From Bacteroidia bacterium (GTDB lineage Bacteria > Bacteroidota > Bacteroidia > UKL13-3): a DNA stretch of 64,000 nucleotides. The stretch is from the NCBI GenBank assembly GCA_041665785.1, contig JBAYIE010000021.1, positions 3,727 to 67,726 on the forward strand, read 5' to 3'. The notes under the pieces were generated by a model. That model worked only from the letters and a program-made list of their open reading frames with translations. It ran no database searches and had not been told where the DNA came from. Position numbers and translations under genes: made by a program. This document shows, piece by piece, positions 40,039 to 50,842 of the stretch; position 1 is the first letter of the stretch; each line of letters starts with the position of its first letter.

Positions 40039-41234
40039 GCAGGTTGTTCTTCCGTAATTTTATTTGACTGAGATTCCAGGTCTTCGTTTGGTTCATCCAG
40101 TTCAACATATCGGCTTACACTCATTATTACTCCGAACGCAACTGATGTGAGCAAAATGGAAGTTCCTCCTTTACTAATCAATGGAAGAGTTAATCCCGTT
40201 ACCGGGAAAAAGTTTACTGCAACAGCCATATTAATCAGAGCCTGCAATACCAGCGAGAAACTCAAACCAACGGCAATTAATGCACCAAAGGCTTTCGGAC
40301 TTTTCAGTACCATACGCATTGCCCGATAAAGAAAAAACATATACAACATCAACATGAGGATTGCTCCGATCAGTCCATACTCTTCTGCAATGATGGCATA
40401 AATAAAATCCGAATAGGCCTCCGGTAAAAAGTTTCTTTCCGTACTATTTCCCGGGAATTTCCCTACGATACCACCTGTAGCAATGGCTATTTTAGCATGA
40501 TCATTTTGATAGGATTTATCCGAATCTATTTCTTGTTTGCCAAACGATTCTATACGGTGTTTCCAGGTGAGCAACCTACCTGTTCCGTGCAAGGATTTTT
40601 CTGGCATTGCAAACAACAACAGAAAAAGCAGCAACCCAACAACCGAAACTGTACCGCCAATCAACGCTAAGTGTTTTATTTTTACCCTGCCGATAAAGAG
40701 GATCAGCATACAAGTAGCAAACAGTACCAGCGCGGTCGAAAGATTTTCAGGTGCAATCAGCATACAGATTGCGGTAATATGACCCAGAATAGGAAGAAAG
40801 GATTTTTTGAAATCATCGATCGTATCTTGTTTACGAGCTAATTCGCGTGTAACAAACATAATGATGGCCAGTTTGGCAACATCAGAAGCCTGAAAAGTTA
40901 TGCCAAGAATATTTACCCATCGGCGGGCTCCATTAATTTCGATACCGTAGATGAGGGTATAAATCAGAAGCGGGTAGGTGATCCACAACAGCAATTTTGA
41001 GATACCAATGAAATACTTGTAATGAATGGAATGAATAAACAGCATAACCAACACACCTGCAATCAATAGTCCTCCCTGCTGCAACAGATACAGTTCGACG
41101 CGACCACCGTTTTTAGCATACGCCAAAGCTCCGGTTGAACTGTATACAGCCAACAACCCCCAAAAGGAGAGGATAAATATGATCCCCCACATAAACAGGT
41201 CACCGCGTGGTTTTATTTTTTGCCAGGTATCCAT
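40035..41234 (-). CDS. ftsW: peptidoglycan glycosyltransferase FtsW (SEDS family)
   Basis: 10-TM SEDS protein within the dcw cluster between murD and murG. Confidence 0.85.
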   Translation of the reverse strand: MDTWQKIKPRGDLFMWGIIFILSFWGLLAVYSSTGALAYAKNGGRVELYLLQQGGLLIAGVLVMLFIHSIHYKYFIGISKLLLWITYPLLIYTLIYGIEINGARRWVNILGITFQASDVAKLAIIMFVTRELARKQDTIDDFKKSFLPILGHITAICMLIAPENLSTALVLFATCMLILFIGRVKIKHLALIGGTVSVVGLLLFLLLFAMPEKSLHGTGRLLTWKHRIESFGKQEIDSDKSYQNDHAKIAIATGGIVGKFPGNSTERNFLPEAYSDFIYAIIAEEYGLIGAILMLMLYMFFLYRAMRMVLKSPKAFGALIAVGLSFSLVLQALINMAVAVNFFPVTGLTLPLISKGGTSILLTSVAFGVIMSVSRYVELDEPNEDLESQSNKITEEQPA

Positions 41235-41242
41235 TTCCTGTA

Positions 41243-42589
41243 TTACAATTCTTTTACTGCTTTCTTAAACTGGCGACCACGGTCTTCGTAATTTTTAAAT
41301 AAATCAAAAGAAGCGCAGGCCGGAGACAGCAGTACTGCTTCACCAATTCTACTTAGTTTTTTTGCAACATGTACCGCTTCATTCATGGAGGTGGTATTGA
41401 CGATCATATCCACTTCGCTTCCGAATGCTTCATGCAGTTTACGATTGTCTAATCCCAGACAAACAATGATGCGGACTTTTTCCTTCACCAGTTCTTTCAG
41501 GGTTGAATAATCGTTGCCTTTATCAACACCACCGGCAATCCAGATGGTAGGTTTGTCCATGCTTTCCAGGGCATACCAGGCTGAATTTACATTGGTTGCT
41601 TTTGAATCATTGATGAATTCAACCCCGCCAATGGTGAGAACCGGTTCGAGGCGGTGTTCAACATTCTGGAAACTCATCAGGCTTTCGCGAATGGTTTCCT
41701 TGCGGATGTTGAGTACCTGGCCAATGATGGCCGCGGCCATAGAATTGTAACCGTTGTGACGGCCACGTAATGAAAGTTCGTTGGTATGCATGTTAAAAGG
41801 ATTATGGGTTTCTGTGTTGAGGTCGACGGTGAGCATTCCGTCGGTAATAAAGGCACCGGGTTTTACCGGTGTGCCGAAAGAGAAAGGATACGATGTAGCT
41901 GAAACGGGATGTTTGGCTAAATGCTGAACGATGATTTCATCGTCGATACAATAAATAAAAATATCGTTGCTGTTTTGATTGCGCGTTATGCTGAATTTGG
42001 AATCGATGTACAATTGCATATTGTATGCATAGCGGTCGAGATGATCGGGTGTGATATTGAGCAAAACGGCAATGTCTGCTTTGAAGCCAAACATATCGTC
42101 GAGTTGAAAGCTACTCAACTCCAATACGTAATAATCGAAATTCCCATGCGCAACAAGACGTGCAAAGCTCTTTCCGATGTTTCCGCCTACCGCAACATTC
42201 AAACCCGCTTTATTCAATAAATAATAAACAAGAGATGTGGTAGTAGTTTTCCCATTGGTTCCGGTAATGGCAATGATTTTGGATCCGGTATAGCGGGAGG
42301 CAAATTCAATTTCAGAAATCACCGGAATATTTTTGGCAGCAGCCTGTTGAACTATTTCAGCAGTAGCCGGGATACCCGGACTCTTGATGATTTCACCGGC
42401 ATTCAGAATTTTTTCCGGAGTATGTACTTGCTCTTCAAATGCAATTTGATGTTCAAGGAGCTCACTTTTATACGTATCAGGGATCTGACTAAGATCGCTT
42501 ACAAATACATCGAAGCCCTGTTGCTTGGCCAGTATAGCCGCACCTGTGCCGCTTTCTCCACTTCCTAATATGACCAGTCGATTTTGCAT
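41243..42589 (-). CDS. murD: UDP-N-acetylmuramoylalanine--D-glutamate ligase
   Basis: Rossmann N-terminus ILGSGESGTGAA, Mur ligase P-loop GTNGKTTTT. Confidence 0.9.
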   Translation of the reverse strand: MQNRLVILGSGESGTGAAILAKQQGFDVFVSDLSQIPDTYKSELLEHQIAFEEQVHTPEKILNAGEIIKSPGIPATAEIVQQAAAKNIPVISEIEFASRYTGSKIIAITGTNGKTTTTSLVYYLLNKAGLNVAVGGNIGKSFARLVAHGNFDYYVLELSSFQLDDMFGFKADIAVLLNITPDHLDRYAYNMQLYIDSKFSITRNQNSNDIFIYCIDDEIIVQHLAKHPVSATSYPFSFGTPVKPGAFITDGMLTVDLNTETHNPFNMHTNELSLRGRHNGYNSMAAAIIGQVLNIRKETIRESLMSFQNVEHRLEPVLTIGGVEFINDSKATNVNSAWYALESMDKPTIWIAGGVDKGNDYSTLKELVKEKVRIIVCLGLDNRKLHEAFGSEVDMIVNTTSMNEAVHVAKKLSRIGEAVLLSPACASFDLFKNYEDRGRQFKKAVKEL

Positions 42590-42595
42590 TATCGT

Positions 42596-43864
42596 TTATC
42601 TGATCTTGAGTGTTAGGATGGTAATGATGGCCAGCATAATACCAATAATCCAGAAACGGGTTACGATTTTGGATTCGTGGTAACCACCCTTTTGATAATG
42701 ATGATGTAAAGGTGCTATGCGGAACAACCGATGTTCACGTGCATATTCTATTCCGTGTTTACGTTTTTGGTATTTAAAATAGTAGACCTGTAAAATAACG
42801 GATACATTTTCGATGAGGAAGATGCCGCACAGAATAGGAATCAATAATTCTTTGCGTACCATCAGAGCAAATGTGGCCAGGATTCCACCCAATGCCAGAC
42901 TACCGGTGTCGCCCATGAATACCTGAGCCGGGTAAGCATTGTACCAGAGAAAACCAACACATGCTCCAACAAATGCAGCAGCAAAAACCATCATTTCACC
43001 CAGGTTGGGGATATACATGATGTCGAGGTAGTTGGCAAAAAGAATGTTACCTGATATGTAGGCAAATAAACCTAAGGTGACTCCGATGATAGCCGATGTT
43101 CCAGCAGCAAGACCATCGATGCCATCAGTAATGTTTGCACCATTGGATACAGCGGTGATAATAAATATTACAATGATGAGATAGATCCAATAATTATAAT
43201 CCTTGTACCCCTCGCCCATGAATTTCAGCAGATCGGCATAATCCAGTTCGGTTTGCTTGAAAAAGGGAATGGTTGTCGATGTGGAATGCACATCACGCGC
43301 CAGCAAGTCCTGATTGTCTATATGTGTTGGTTGTAAATTATTTTCTTTAATGAAGGACTCTGTAACTTCTCCCGGTTTATAAAATTCTCGGGTCTTTACA
43401 TTTTCATTGTAGTATAAGGTTGTGGCAACAATAACTCCCAGTCCGATTTGACCGAGTATTTTAAATCTGCCTGCTAGTCCTTCTTTATTTTTCCGGAATA
43501 CTTTAATAAAATCATCGATATAGCCGATTATACCCAACCATACTGTTGAAAGCAAAATCAGGAGGATGTATACATTTTCGAGACGGGCAAATAATAAGGT
43601 AGGAATCAGAATGGCACCAATAATGATCAGGCCTCCCATGGTGGGAGTTCCTTGTTTTTGTTTCTCTCCTTCCAGGCCCAAATTGCGAACGGTTTCCCCG
43701 ATTTGTAGTTTTTTCAGCCAACCGATCAGGTTTTTTCCATAAATCATGGAGATGGTCAATGAAAGAATAATTGCCAGTGCTGCACGGAAGGAGATGTATT
43801 GAAACATTCCTGCTCCCGGAAGATCGAATCGTTGATCGAGATAATTAAACAAGTAGTATAGCAT
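42596..43864 (-). CDS. mraY: phospho-N-acetylmuramoyl-pentapeptide-transferase
   Basis: Polytopic membrane protein with MraY motifs (NAxNxxDGxDGL). Confidence 0.9.
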   Translation of the reverse strand: MLYYLFNYLDQRFDLPGAGMFQYISFRAALAIILSLTISMIYGKNLIGWLKKLQIGETVRNLGLEGEKQKQGTPTMGGLIIIGAILIPTLLFARLENVYILLILLSTVWLGIIGYIDDFIKVFRKNKEGLAGRFKILGQIGLGVIVATTLYYNENVKTREFYKPGEVTESFIKENNLQPTHIDNQDLLARDVHSTSTTIPFFKQTELDYADLLKFMGEGYKDYNYWIYLIIVIFIITAVSNGANITDGIDGLAAGTSAIIGVTLGLFAYISGNILFANYLDIMYIPNLGEMMVFAAAFVGACVGFLWYNAYPAQVFMGDTGSLALGGILATFALMVRKELLIPILCGIFLIENVSVILQVYYFKYQKRKHGIEYAREHRLFRIAPLHHHYQKGGYHESKIVTRFWIIGIMLAIITILTLKIR

Positions 43865-43867
43865 GGT

Positions 43868-45325
43868 TTATTTTTCCAATAGGTTGAACATTTCCATCAA
43901 TATTTTTTTATCGTCGAAGGGCTGTTTCACTCCTGCGATTTCCTGGTAGTCTTCATGACCCTTACCCGCCAAAAGAATGATATCTCCTTTGCTGGCAGAA
44001 CTTACAGCAGCTTTAATGGCTTCTTTACGATCAGTAATGCGTAAGGTTTTTTTGTAGTGAAGCGGTTTAACACCCTGTTGCATTTCATTGAGAATTTCTT
44101 CCGGATTCTCGTTACGCGGATTGTCCGAAGTGAATATTACACGGGTACTTAAGGTAGAAGCTATATCCGCCATAACCGGCCGCTTGGCTGCATCCCGGTT
44201 GCCTCCGCAACCCACAATAGTTATTACATCTTCGTTGCGCGTACGAATTTCGTTGATGGTTTCCAGTACATTTTTCAAGGCATCAGGGGTATGCGCGTAA
44301 TCAATGATTCCGGTAATACCTCCATTGGAGCGAATGGTTTCAAAACGCCCTCTGGCACTTTCAAGCCGGCTGAGTGTAGTTATAATTTCGTGTTTACTTT
44401 TGCCAAGTAAGAAAGCTGTGCTGTATACGGCCAGCAGATTGTATGCATTAAAAAATCCAACCAGACGGAACCAGGCTTCTTCACCATCGATATGGAGCAA
44501 CATGCCATTGAAATCGTTTTCGATGATGCGCGCTTTGAAATCAGCCATCGATTTCAATGCGTAGGTATAACGTGTTGCTTTGGTATTCTGCAACATCACC
44601 ATACCATTCTTATCGTCTTTGTTGGTTAATGCAAACGAATCGATATTCTGGTTGTCGAACAGTTGTTTTTTTGCCCGGATATAATTTTCAAATGTGAGGT
44701 GATAATCGAGGTGATCGTGTGTGATATTGTTAAAAACGGTACCTGCAAAATGCAATCCGGTAATGCGGTGTTGTTCGATAGCATGTGAGCTGGCTTCCAT
44801 GAAGCAGTATTCGCAACCTGCACTAACCATCTCTTCCAGCAACTCGTTGATGCGAATAGAATCCGGAGTAGTATGCGATGCAGGAATTACCGTTTCGTTG
44901 ATCCGGTTCTCTACCGTAGAAAGCAACCCCGCTTTATGCCCCATGCTGAGAAACAAACGCTGCAACAAAGTGGCCACTGTAGTTTTTCCGTTTGTACCGG
45001 TAATGGCAACCAGTTTTAGTTGCCGGGAAGGATGCCCGTAAAATGCTGATGCAAAATGAGCCATCGCTTCCTGTGAATTTTTAACCCGGATATACACTAC
45101 AGCAGGATCCAGATGAGACGGCAGTTTTTCACAAACGATACCCATTGCTCCTTTGGATATGGCATCTGCAATAAAATTATGCCCGTCGATTTGTGTTCCC
45201 CGAATGGCAAAATACAGTGAACCTTCTCCAACCTGTCTTGAATCAAAAGTTAAATGCAGACAGGAAACCTGATCATTGCCGGTCACCTCTGTTTCGATAT
45301 GTTGTATTAATTCACGAATGATCAT
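43868..45325 (-). CDS. murE: UDP-N-acetylmuramoyl-L-alanyl-D-glutamate--2,6-diaminopimelate ligase
   Basis: Mur ligase P-loop AITGTNGKTT. C-terminal DNPR motif (SDNPRNE) typical of meso-DAP-adding MurE. Confidence 0.9.
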   Translation of the reverse strand: MIIRELIQHIETEVTGNDQVSCLHLTFDSRQVGEGSLYFAIRGTQIDGHNFIADAISKGAMGIVCEKLPSHLDPAVVYIRVKNSQEAMAHFASAFYGHPSRQLKLVAITGTNGKTTVATLLQRLFLSMGHKAGLLSTVENRINETVIPASHTTPDSIRINELLEEMVSAGCEYCFMEASSHAIEQHRITGLHFAGTVFNNITHDHLDYHLTFENYIRAKKQLFDNQNIDSFALTNKDDKNGMVMLQNTKATRYTYALKSMADFKARIIENDFNGMLLHIDGEEAWFRLVGFFNAYNLLAVYSTAFLLGKSKHEIITTLSRLESARGRFETIRSNGGITGIIDYAHTPDALKNVLETINEIRTRNEDVITIVGCGGNRDAAKRPVMADIASTLSTRVIFTSDNPRNENPEEILNEMQQGVKPLHYKKTLRITDRKEAIKAAVSSASKGDIILLAGKGHEDYQEIAGVKQPFDDKKILMEMFNLLEK

Positions 45326-45326
45326 T

Positions 45327-47468
45327 TTATCCGAGTTGAAGGGTTACTACCATTCCTTTAGAAACAATTTGTCCGGCATTTATTGATTGTGATTTAACTT
45401 TTCCGGCACCATTGATTTTTACTTTCAATCCACGATTTTCCAACAGGTACAATGCATCGCGCAAACCCATGCCTTTAACATCCGGCATTTGTAGTTTTTG
45501 ATGCGTGTATGATTTCAACATCACAAAATTGCCTGCAGTACTTCCGGTTGCCCATTCACTTCCGAATTCTTCGAGCGAATCAGTATTCCCGTGAGTTGAA
45601 ATTTGAATGCGGTTTAAAATAACACTCAGGTCTTCGCGATTTCCAACAGTCAGATGTGGAATCTTCAGAGTTCCCGGTTGAACAGTAAAGCGTAATTCAG
45701 GATGCAACGATGTACTGTTGGCATAAACTTTATCAGCAATTTCTTTGAATACCGGACCTGCAACAGCGGAACCATAATACACCCCTTTTGATGGTGCATT
45801 AACCATGACCATACAGGTATATTTTGGATTATCGGCCGGGAAGAAGCCGCAGAAGGATGAACGGTAAACTTTGTTCTTATATCCCAACCGGCCATCTGCA
45901 ACCAGAGCAGTTCCGGTTTTACCCGCCACTGTATAATTCGGATTTTTAAGATTATTGCCCGTACCATGTTCAACCACACCTTTGAGTGCGGTGTATAAAT
46001 CTTTCAGGGTTGAAGGTTTGCAAACTTGCTCCACCATGGTCACTGTTTGAAATTGCTTTACCGGCTTCCCGGTCTTTAATATTTCTTTTACCAGCAGCGG
46101 TTTTACCATTTTCCCTTTGTTAGCAATAGCATTGTAAATGGTAGCAACCTGTAACGGTGTAACTTTAATTTCGTAACCAATCGACGACCAGGGTAGTGTG
46201 GTGCCATACCAGTCTTTATCACCTGGTTTTTTGATATGTGGTTTTCCTTCACCGGATAATTGAAAACCAATCGGACGCGTTAGTTTTAACCGATCCAGGT
46301 AGTTATAGAATTGCGTTGGATTATCTTTATAAGCTTCGTATACAGCTTTGGATATGGCTACATTAGACGATAATTCAAAAGCCTCTTTTAAGCTTACAAT
46401 ACCATGTCCTCCACGTTCCGAGTCAAACATCGTTGCTCTTGCGAAATATTTCTTTTCTCCCTTTTCAGTATCATAACGATCTTCGAGCGACGCCTTACCA
46501 TCTTCCAGGAGAGCCATTAAGGAAATGAGTTTGAATGTAGAACCTGGTTCCAGGCTTTCTCCCACCGCGTAATTAAATTTCTCGGTATAGTTGCCTTCGC
46601 TCACTCGGGTTAAATTGGCTAACGCTTTAATTTCACCGGTACTTACTTCCATCAGAATGGCTGTTCCCCATTCGGCATCATTCAGAATCAGTGTTCGCAT
46701 CAAAGCATATTCTGCAACATCCTGCAGATTTACATCAATGGTGGTTTGAATATCCAAACCGTTACGTGCTTCAATTTGAATGTCTTCGTCGTTTACCGGA
46801 ATCCAGGTGCCACCGGCAATGCGTTGCATCACCCGTTTACCGGGTTTGCCAGAAAGTTCTTTGTTAAAAGCACCTTCAATCCCTACAGGTGCAATACCTT
46901 TTACAGAATAACCGATCGTACGTTCAGCCAGAAAATCAAAAGGTTTTTCGCGCCGGTTTTTTTCCTCAATGGTGAGACCGCCTTTGTATTTTCCCAAACG
47001 GAAAATCGGGAAGTTCTTCACTTGTTTCATTTCAGGATAGCTCACCTTTCGTTTGAGGAGGTAATACCGATCACCCCGTTTGCGTACGCCTTTTAATATG
47101 CGTTTGTAGTCTTCTTTACTGCGATCCGAAAAAATTTTGTTCAGGCAAAAGGCCAGAGAATCGACCTGATTTTCAAACAAATCATCTTCACGAAATCCGG
47201 GCGATTTTCCATCCAGCCGTAAGTCATAAATTGGTAGAGACGTAGCGAGCAAACTACCATCGCTTGAAAATATATTTCCCCTCGAAGGTTCAATGGTTTG
47301 TACTGAAGTGCTCAGGTCATCCGCCAGTGCACGCCATTTTTTCCCTTCTTTAAATTGAATGCGGAACAAATAGACAATGATTACCGCAGCCAGTGCGCAC
47401 ATAAGTGCATAGGCCGTATAGGTACGGATAAGAATAACCTTTTTTATATTAACCTGATTATTCGCCAC
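45327..47468 (-). CDS. ftsI: penicillin-binding protein 3-like transpeptidase (FtsI) with C-terminal PASTA domain
   Basis: N-terminal TM, dimerisation domain, STFK active-site motif, SSN and KTG motifs. C-terminal PASTA-like 60 aa. Confidence 0.9.
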   Translation of the reverse strand: MANNQVNIKKVILIRTYTAYALMCALAAVIIVYLFRIQFKEGKKWRALADDLSTSVQTIEPSRGNIFSSDGSLLATSLPIYDLRLDGKSPGFREDDLFENQVDSLAFCLNKIFSDRSKEDYKRILKGVRKRGDRYYLLKRKVSYPEMKQVKNFPIFRLGKYKGGLTIEEKNRREKPFDFLAERTIGYSVKGIAPVGIEGAFNKELSGKPGKRVMQRIAGGTWIPVNDEDIQIEARNGLDIQTTIDVNLQDVAEYALMRTLILNDAEWGTAILMEVSTGEIKALANLTRVSEGNYTEKFNYAVGESLEPGSTFKLISLMALLEDGKASLEDRYDTEKGEKKYFARATMFDSERGGHGIVSLKEAFELSSNVAISKAVYEAYKDNPTQFYNYLDRLKLTRPIGFQLSGEGKPHIKKPGDKDWYGTTLPWSSIGYEIKVTPLQVATIYNAIANKGKMVKPLLVKEILKTGKPVKQFQTVTMVEQVCKPSTLKDLYTALKGVVEHGTGNNLKNPNYTVAGKTGTALVADGRLGYKNKVYRSSFCGFFPADNPKYTCMVMVNAPSKGVYYGSAVAGPVFKEIADKVYANSTSLHPELRFTVQPGTLKIPHLTVGNREDLSVILNRIQISTHGNTDSLEEFGSEWATGSTAGNFVMLKSYTHQKLQMPDVKGMGLRDALYLLENRGLKVKINGAGKVKSQSINAGQIVSKGMVVTLQLG

Positions 47469-47847
47469 TGGTAATTTTAATCGGAGGGGTGGTTAATTCT
47501 TTTATTCCGAGCGTATCCAATTTGGCTGCCACATTGGATTGTTTACTTTGGCTCATCAATTCACTGAGAATACTGATGTATTCGGAGCGCAACTCTTTTA
47601 TTTCTTTGTTCAGCTGATCGGTATGGCGTACGATACGTTCGTTGTAATGAACATTCCAGATATGGATCAACAACAACAACACGATAAATAAGGCAAACGG
47701 AATTTGTTTCAACATCCATTCGTTTGAAATATTGAAATCAAAGTCGGCTACCTTACGAAACGTATTGGTCAGACGCGATGGCGCTTTTGGAGTTGCTTCC
47801 ACCGGTTCTTCCAGTTCTTCCCGTTGTATGATAATTTTATTCGCCAT
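47458..47847 (-). CDS. ftsL: cell division protein FtsL-like (ORF extends to 47967; start MANKIIIQ at 47847 fits 5 nt after rsmH stop)
   Basis: Small bitopic protein with one TM (IPFALFIVLLLLIHIW) and coiled-coil. Position between rsmH and ftsI. Confidence 0.75.
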   Translation of the reverse strand: MANKIIIQREELEEPVEATPKAPSRLTNTFRKVADFDFNISNEWMLKQIPFALFIVLLLLIHIWNVHYNERIVRHTDQLNKEIKELRSEYISILSELMSQSKQSNVAAKLDTLGIKELTTPPIKITSGE

Positions 47848-47851
47848 GGAT

Positions 47852-48772
47852 TCAGTTCGGGGAATTTTCTTTTCTTCGGGTTGCAATTCTGAGTTTGGCG
47901 CTGCGTCCACGGTTGTTGGATTCCAGTTCAACATCACCGGCAACGGTTGTTTTGCCAATGGGATCAAAGGGGCGCAGAATATTTCCGTAAAAATCTTTTT
48001 GGGTTACACCTTCCAGATTTCCCGTTTGCATAAAGTTTTTAACCAATCGGTCTTCCAGCGAGTGATAGCTCATCACAACCAACCGACCTTCAGCTTTGAA
48101 GAGATCAGGTGTTTGTAATAACAATTGCTTTAATACATCGATTTCATGATTCACTTCAATGCGTAAAGCCTGAAACACCTGCGCGTAGAATTTGTAATCC
48201 TTGAATTTAGGAGCAAACTTTCCGATGGCCTGTTTAAGTTCACCAACTGTTTTTATAGGCTGTGCGTTTCTGGAAATAACAATGGCTTTTGCAAGCTGAC
48301 GTGAATTCTTCAATTCACCGAAGAGGTAAAATATATCGGCCAGGCGCGACTCATTGTAAGTATTTAAAACAGATGCCGCTGATATTTCCTGTGTGCGATT
48401 CATGCGCATATCCAGTTCAGCTTCGTCGAAACGAAATGAGAATCCCCTTTCATCGATATCAAACTGATGCGATGAAACACCCAGATCTGCCAGCAGTCCA
48501 TCAACCGGAACCAATCCCTGGTATTGAAGATGATTGCTGAGAAAGCGAAAATTCTGATCGATAAAAATGAGACGTTTATCAGCTGGTAAGTTTTTACGGG
48601 CATCTTCGTCCTGATCAAAAGCAACCAGTTTGCCTTTTGCACTCAGGCGCTCAAGTATGGCTCTGGAATGGCCACCCCCTCCAAAAGTAACATCGACGTA
48701 AATACCATCCGGGTTAATGTTCAGTCCATCCAGACATTCCTGCAACATTACCGGCACATGGTACTCAGCCAT
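47852..48772 (-). CDS. rsmH: 16S rRNA (cytosine1402-N4)-methyltransferase
   Basis: N-terminus YHVPVMLQECLDGLNI...YVDVTFGGGGHS is diagnostic of RsmH/MraW. Confidence 0.9.
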   Translation of the reverse strand: MAEYHVPVMLQECLDGLNINPDGIYVDVTFGGGGHSRAILERLSAKGKLVAFDQDEDARKNLPADKRLIFIDQNFRFLSNHLQYQGLVPVDGLLADLGVSSHQFDIDERGFSFRFDEAELDMRMNRTQEISAASVLNTYNESRLADIFYLFGELKNSRQLAKAIVISRNAQPIKTVGELKQAIGKFAPKFKDYKFYAQVFQALRIEVNHEIDVLKQLLLQTPDLFKAEGRLVVMSYHSLEDRLVKNFMQTGNLEGVTQKDFYGNILRPFDPIGKTTVAGDVELESNNRGRSAKLRIATRRKENSPN

Positions 48773-49229
48773 CGCTTCTCCTTTCCTTGTGGGTCATTAC
48801 ATCCTCTGCCAGTGCCGAGAAATCAGCAGGCTCTTCGCGTAACATTTTTTCATACGCCGCTTTACTCCAGAGTTCTATTTTATTGCCATAAGCAAGCAAC
48901 ATTACATCTGTTTTTATTCCGGCGTATTCGAGCTGAGGTTTTGGGATCAGAATGCGGGATGCTGCATCCATCGTTAACTGACTTGCACCACGTAAAAAAT
49001 AACGTTTAAACTCCCGCTCTTTTTTGATGTAATCGCTGAGTTTATTGATTTCTGTGGCAATCAGGTTCCATTCATTGGCGGGGTACAACACACAGCATTT
49101 CTCAAATCCGCGGTTAATAAACAGGTTGTTTTTAGCGGCTTTGGGAAACTGTTTTTTTAACGCAGCCGGAATGATAAGCCTTCCTTTGGCGTCGAGTTTA
49201 CATTCATATTCACCGTGCAATTGAGCCAC
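48765..49229 (-). CDS. mraZ: division/cell wall cluster transcriptional repressor MraZ
   Basis: 154 aa. Duplicated MraZ domain with DxxxR motifs (LDAKGRLIIP, MDAASRILIP). Confidence 0.9.
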   Translation of the reverse strand: MAQLHGEYECKLDAKGRLIIPAALKKQFPKAAKNNLFINRGFEKCCVLYPANEWNLIATEINKLSDYIKKEREFKRYFLRGASQLTMDAASRILIPKPQLEYAGIKTDVMLLAYGNKIELWSKAAYEKMLREEPADFSALAEDVMTHKERRSDG

Positions 49230-49268
49230 TTTTTTTGTCCTTTTCGAGTGCTAAAGTAAAAACAAAAA

Positions 49269-49297
49269 TCCACTTTTCTCCACTTTCCCCCACAATG
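49269..49297 (-). promoter_or_regulatory. putative MraZ operator: three GTGG(G/A) direct repeats at 10 nt spacing (GTGGGGGAAAGTGGAGAAAAGTGGA on the minus strand), 40-68 bp upstream of mraZ
   Basis: MraZ from E. coli and Bacillus binds direct repeats of GTGGG-type boxes upstream of its own gene. Three boxes are seen here on the coding strand of mraZ. Confidence 0.6.
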
Positions 49298-49953
49298 TGG
49301 AAAAGTTGTGTTCTTTTAGGATTTAAAATGGACTGAAACATTCAAGCCGGTTTAATACAAAAAGGCAGAAGAATTATACGCTGGAGGTGATGCTTTTATG
49401 TCTGAGAATAGAATAGAATTGCAGAACATCAACAATGAGTTGCGGTGCATTGTATCTCAGTATTATTGAATGTCATTTTCAGAAGAGGAGGCTGATAAAC
49501 AATGAATATGCGCATTGGTTACATTTCAATGACGTAAAAATGACTGTAAATCCATTAATACTATCAGGTTAGGGGATGGGAAACAGTTATATTTGGGTAG
49601 CACAAATAGCCAGAAACATGCATCTATTAATGAACCTCTTTCAGCCCAATGCATATATTGATCCCGTATGCGGATATGCGCATTTTTCGTTCTGGTCAGG
49701 AACAGCAGAATGGAATAATGCCGGACCTTATATAATTCCTATTGAGGAAGACCGTTCACCCGGACAGGCAGAAAAAAATCAGAATGATTTTGAGCCAACT
49801 TTCGCAAATCCTTTCAAGCAGCAGTAACTGATAGCTGAGAGTAATTTTCTTTAATACGTTGTTACCTATTTGTATTAAAGATTGAATGAATCGTATGTCA
49901 GGATATTAATTACGATGATGTCAAGAGCTAATGCGGTATCCTGTAATACAATT

Positions 49954-49975
49954 TCAGGTGTGACCTGGTACTGAA
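49954..49975 (-). repeat. fragment of the structured repeat family (GACGCTTAACTTCAGTACCAGG on the minus strand = 3' arm of the hairpin)
   Basis: 14/14 identity to the CGCTTAACTTCAG arm of copy B. Only one arm is present. Confidence 0.5.
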
Positions 49976-50317
49976 GTTAAGCGTCAAGGAAGTTTCATCA
50001 TCCAGAGGTTTACCAAACCAACATAGTCTGGTTCCGCTCTATATAATACACTAGGAATTCTTTTCACCGAGAATAAATTACAAATGGTTAAAGCCATATG
50101 GGATCGGATATACTTTAAGGTGTTTTGCTTCAGAGACAAACCAGGCATCACCCTGTTGTATGATTCCTGTTTCCGGATGAAGTTTCCGCAATAAATCGGA
50201 ATTGCTTCTTATTGCGTACAGCGCCGGATAAAAATTATCTATTAAAATTTGTATAGATTTAGCAGGTTAAATCTATATTCCCGTTTCAATAATGCAGATG
50301 ACAGAGAGGGAAAGAGA

Positions 50318-50842
50318 ATGCCTGTGTTGAATAGTGACCGGATTTATATCATTGGATTTATGGGTTCAGGGAAAAGTACCCTGGGCAGGCGTCTGGCAAA
50401 AGTATTGGGGTATAATTTTATAGATACAGACCAGATTATTGAAGAACAGGTGGGTATGAGTATTTCAGAATTATTCCGGCAGGCAGGCGAAAAATCATTC
50501 CGCGAAATGGAGACCCGCATTCTCAGAGAAACCACTTTATCCGGCAAAGCGGTTATAGCAACAGGTGGTGGAATGCCTTGTTCTGACGAACATATCTTGC
50601 TGATCAATACGCATGGGATAAGCATCTACCTCGAAGCCAATAGTGCATTTTTAAAGCAGCGACTGTTGCAGGGTAAACGTCAAAGACCGCTTATGGCAGG
50701 GGTTACCGAGGATGAGATGGAAGGGAAAATTAAAAAGCTATTAAATGACCGGGAACCCTTTTATAAGCAGGCTCATTATACTATTCCATTGCCTGTTGAA
50801 TCGGTGGAAACACTAATAAAATCAATAGGTTTGGGGGGTTAG
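50318..50842 (+). CDS. aroK: shikimate kinase (ORF begins 50249; likely start MPVLNSDRIYIIG at 50318)
   Basis: P-loop GFMGSGKST, shikimate-binding and LID regions. About 175 aa from the proposed start. Confidence 0.85.
   Translation: MPVLNSDRIYIIGFMGSGKSTLGRRLAKVLGYNFIDTDQIIEEQVGMSISELFRQAGEKSFREMETRILRETTLSGKAVIATGGGMPCSDEHILLINTHGISIYLEANSAFLKQRLLQGKRQRPLMAGVTEDEMEGKIKKLLNDREPFYKQAHYTIPLPVESVETLIKSIGLGG

Noticed and set aside
49576-49827. 83 aa ORF in the gap upstream of mraZ
   Set aside because: No recognisable motifs, not adjacent to a promoter-like element, in a region that looks decayed. Kept only as a note in the gap finding.
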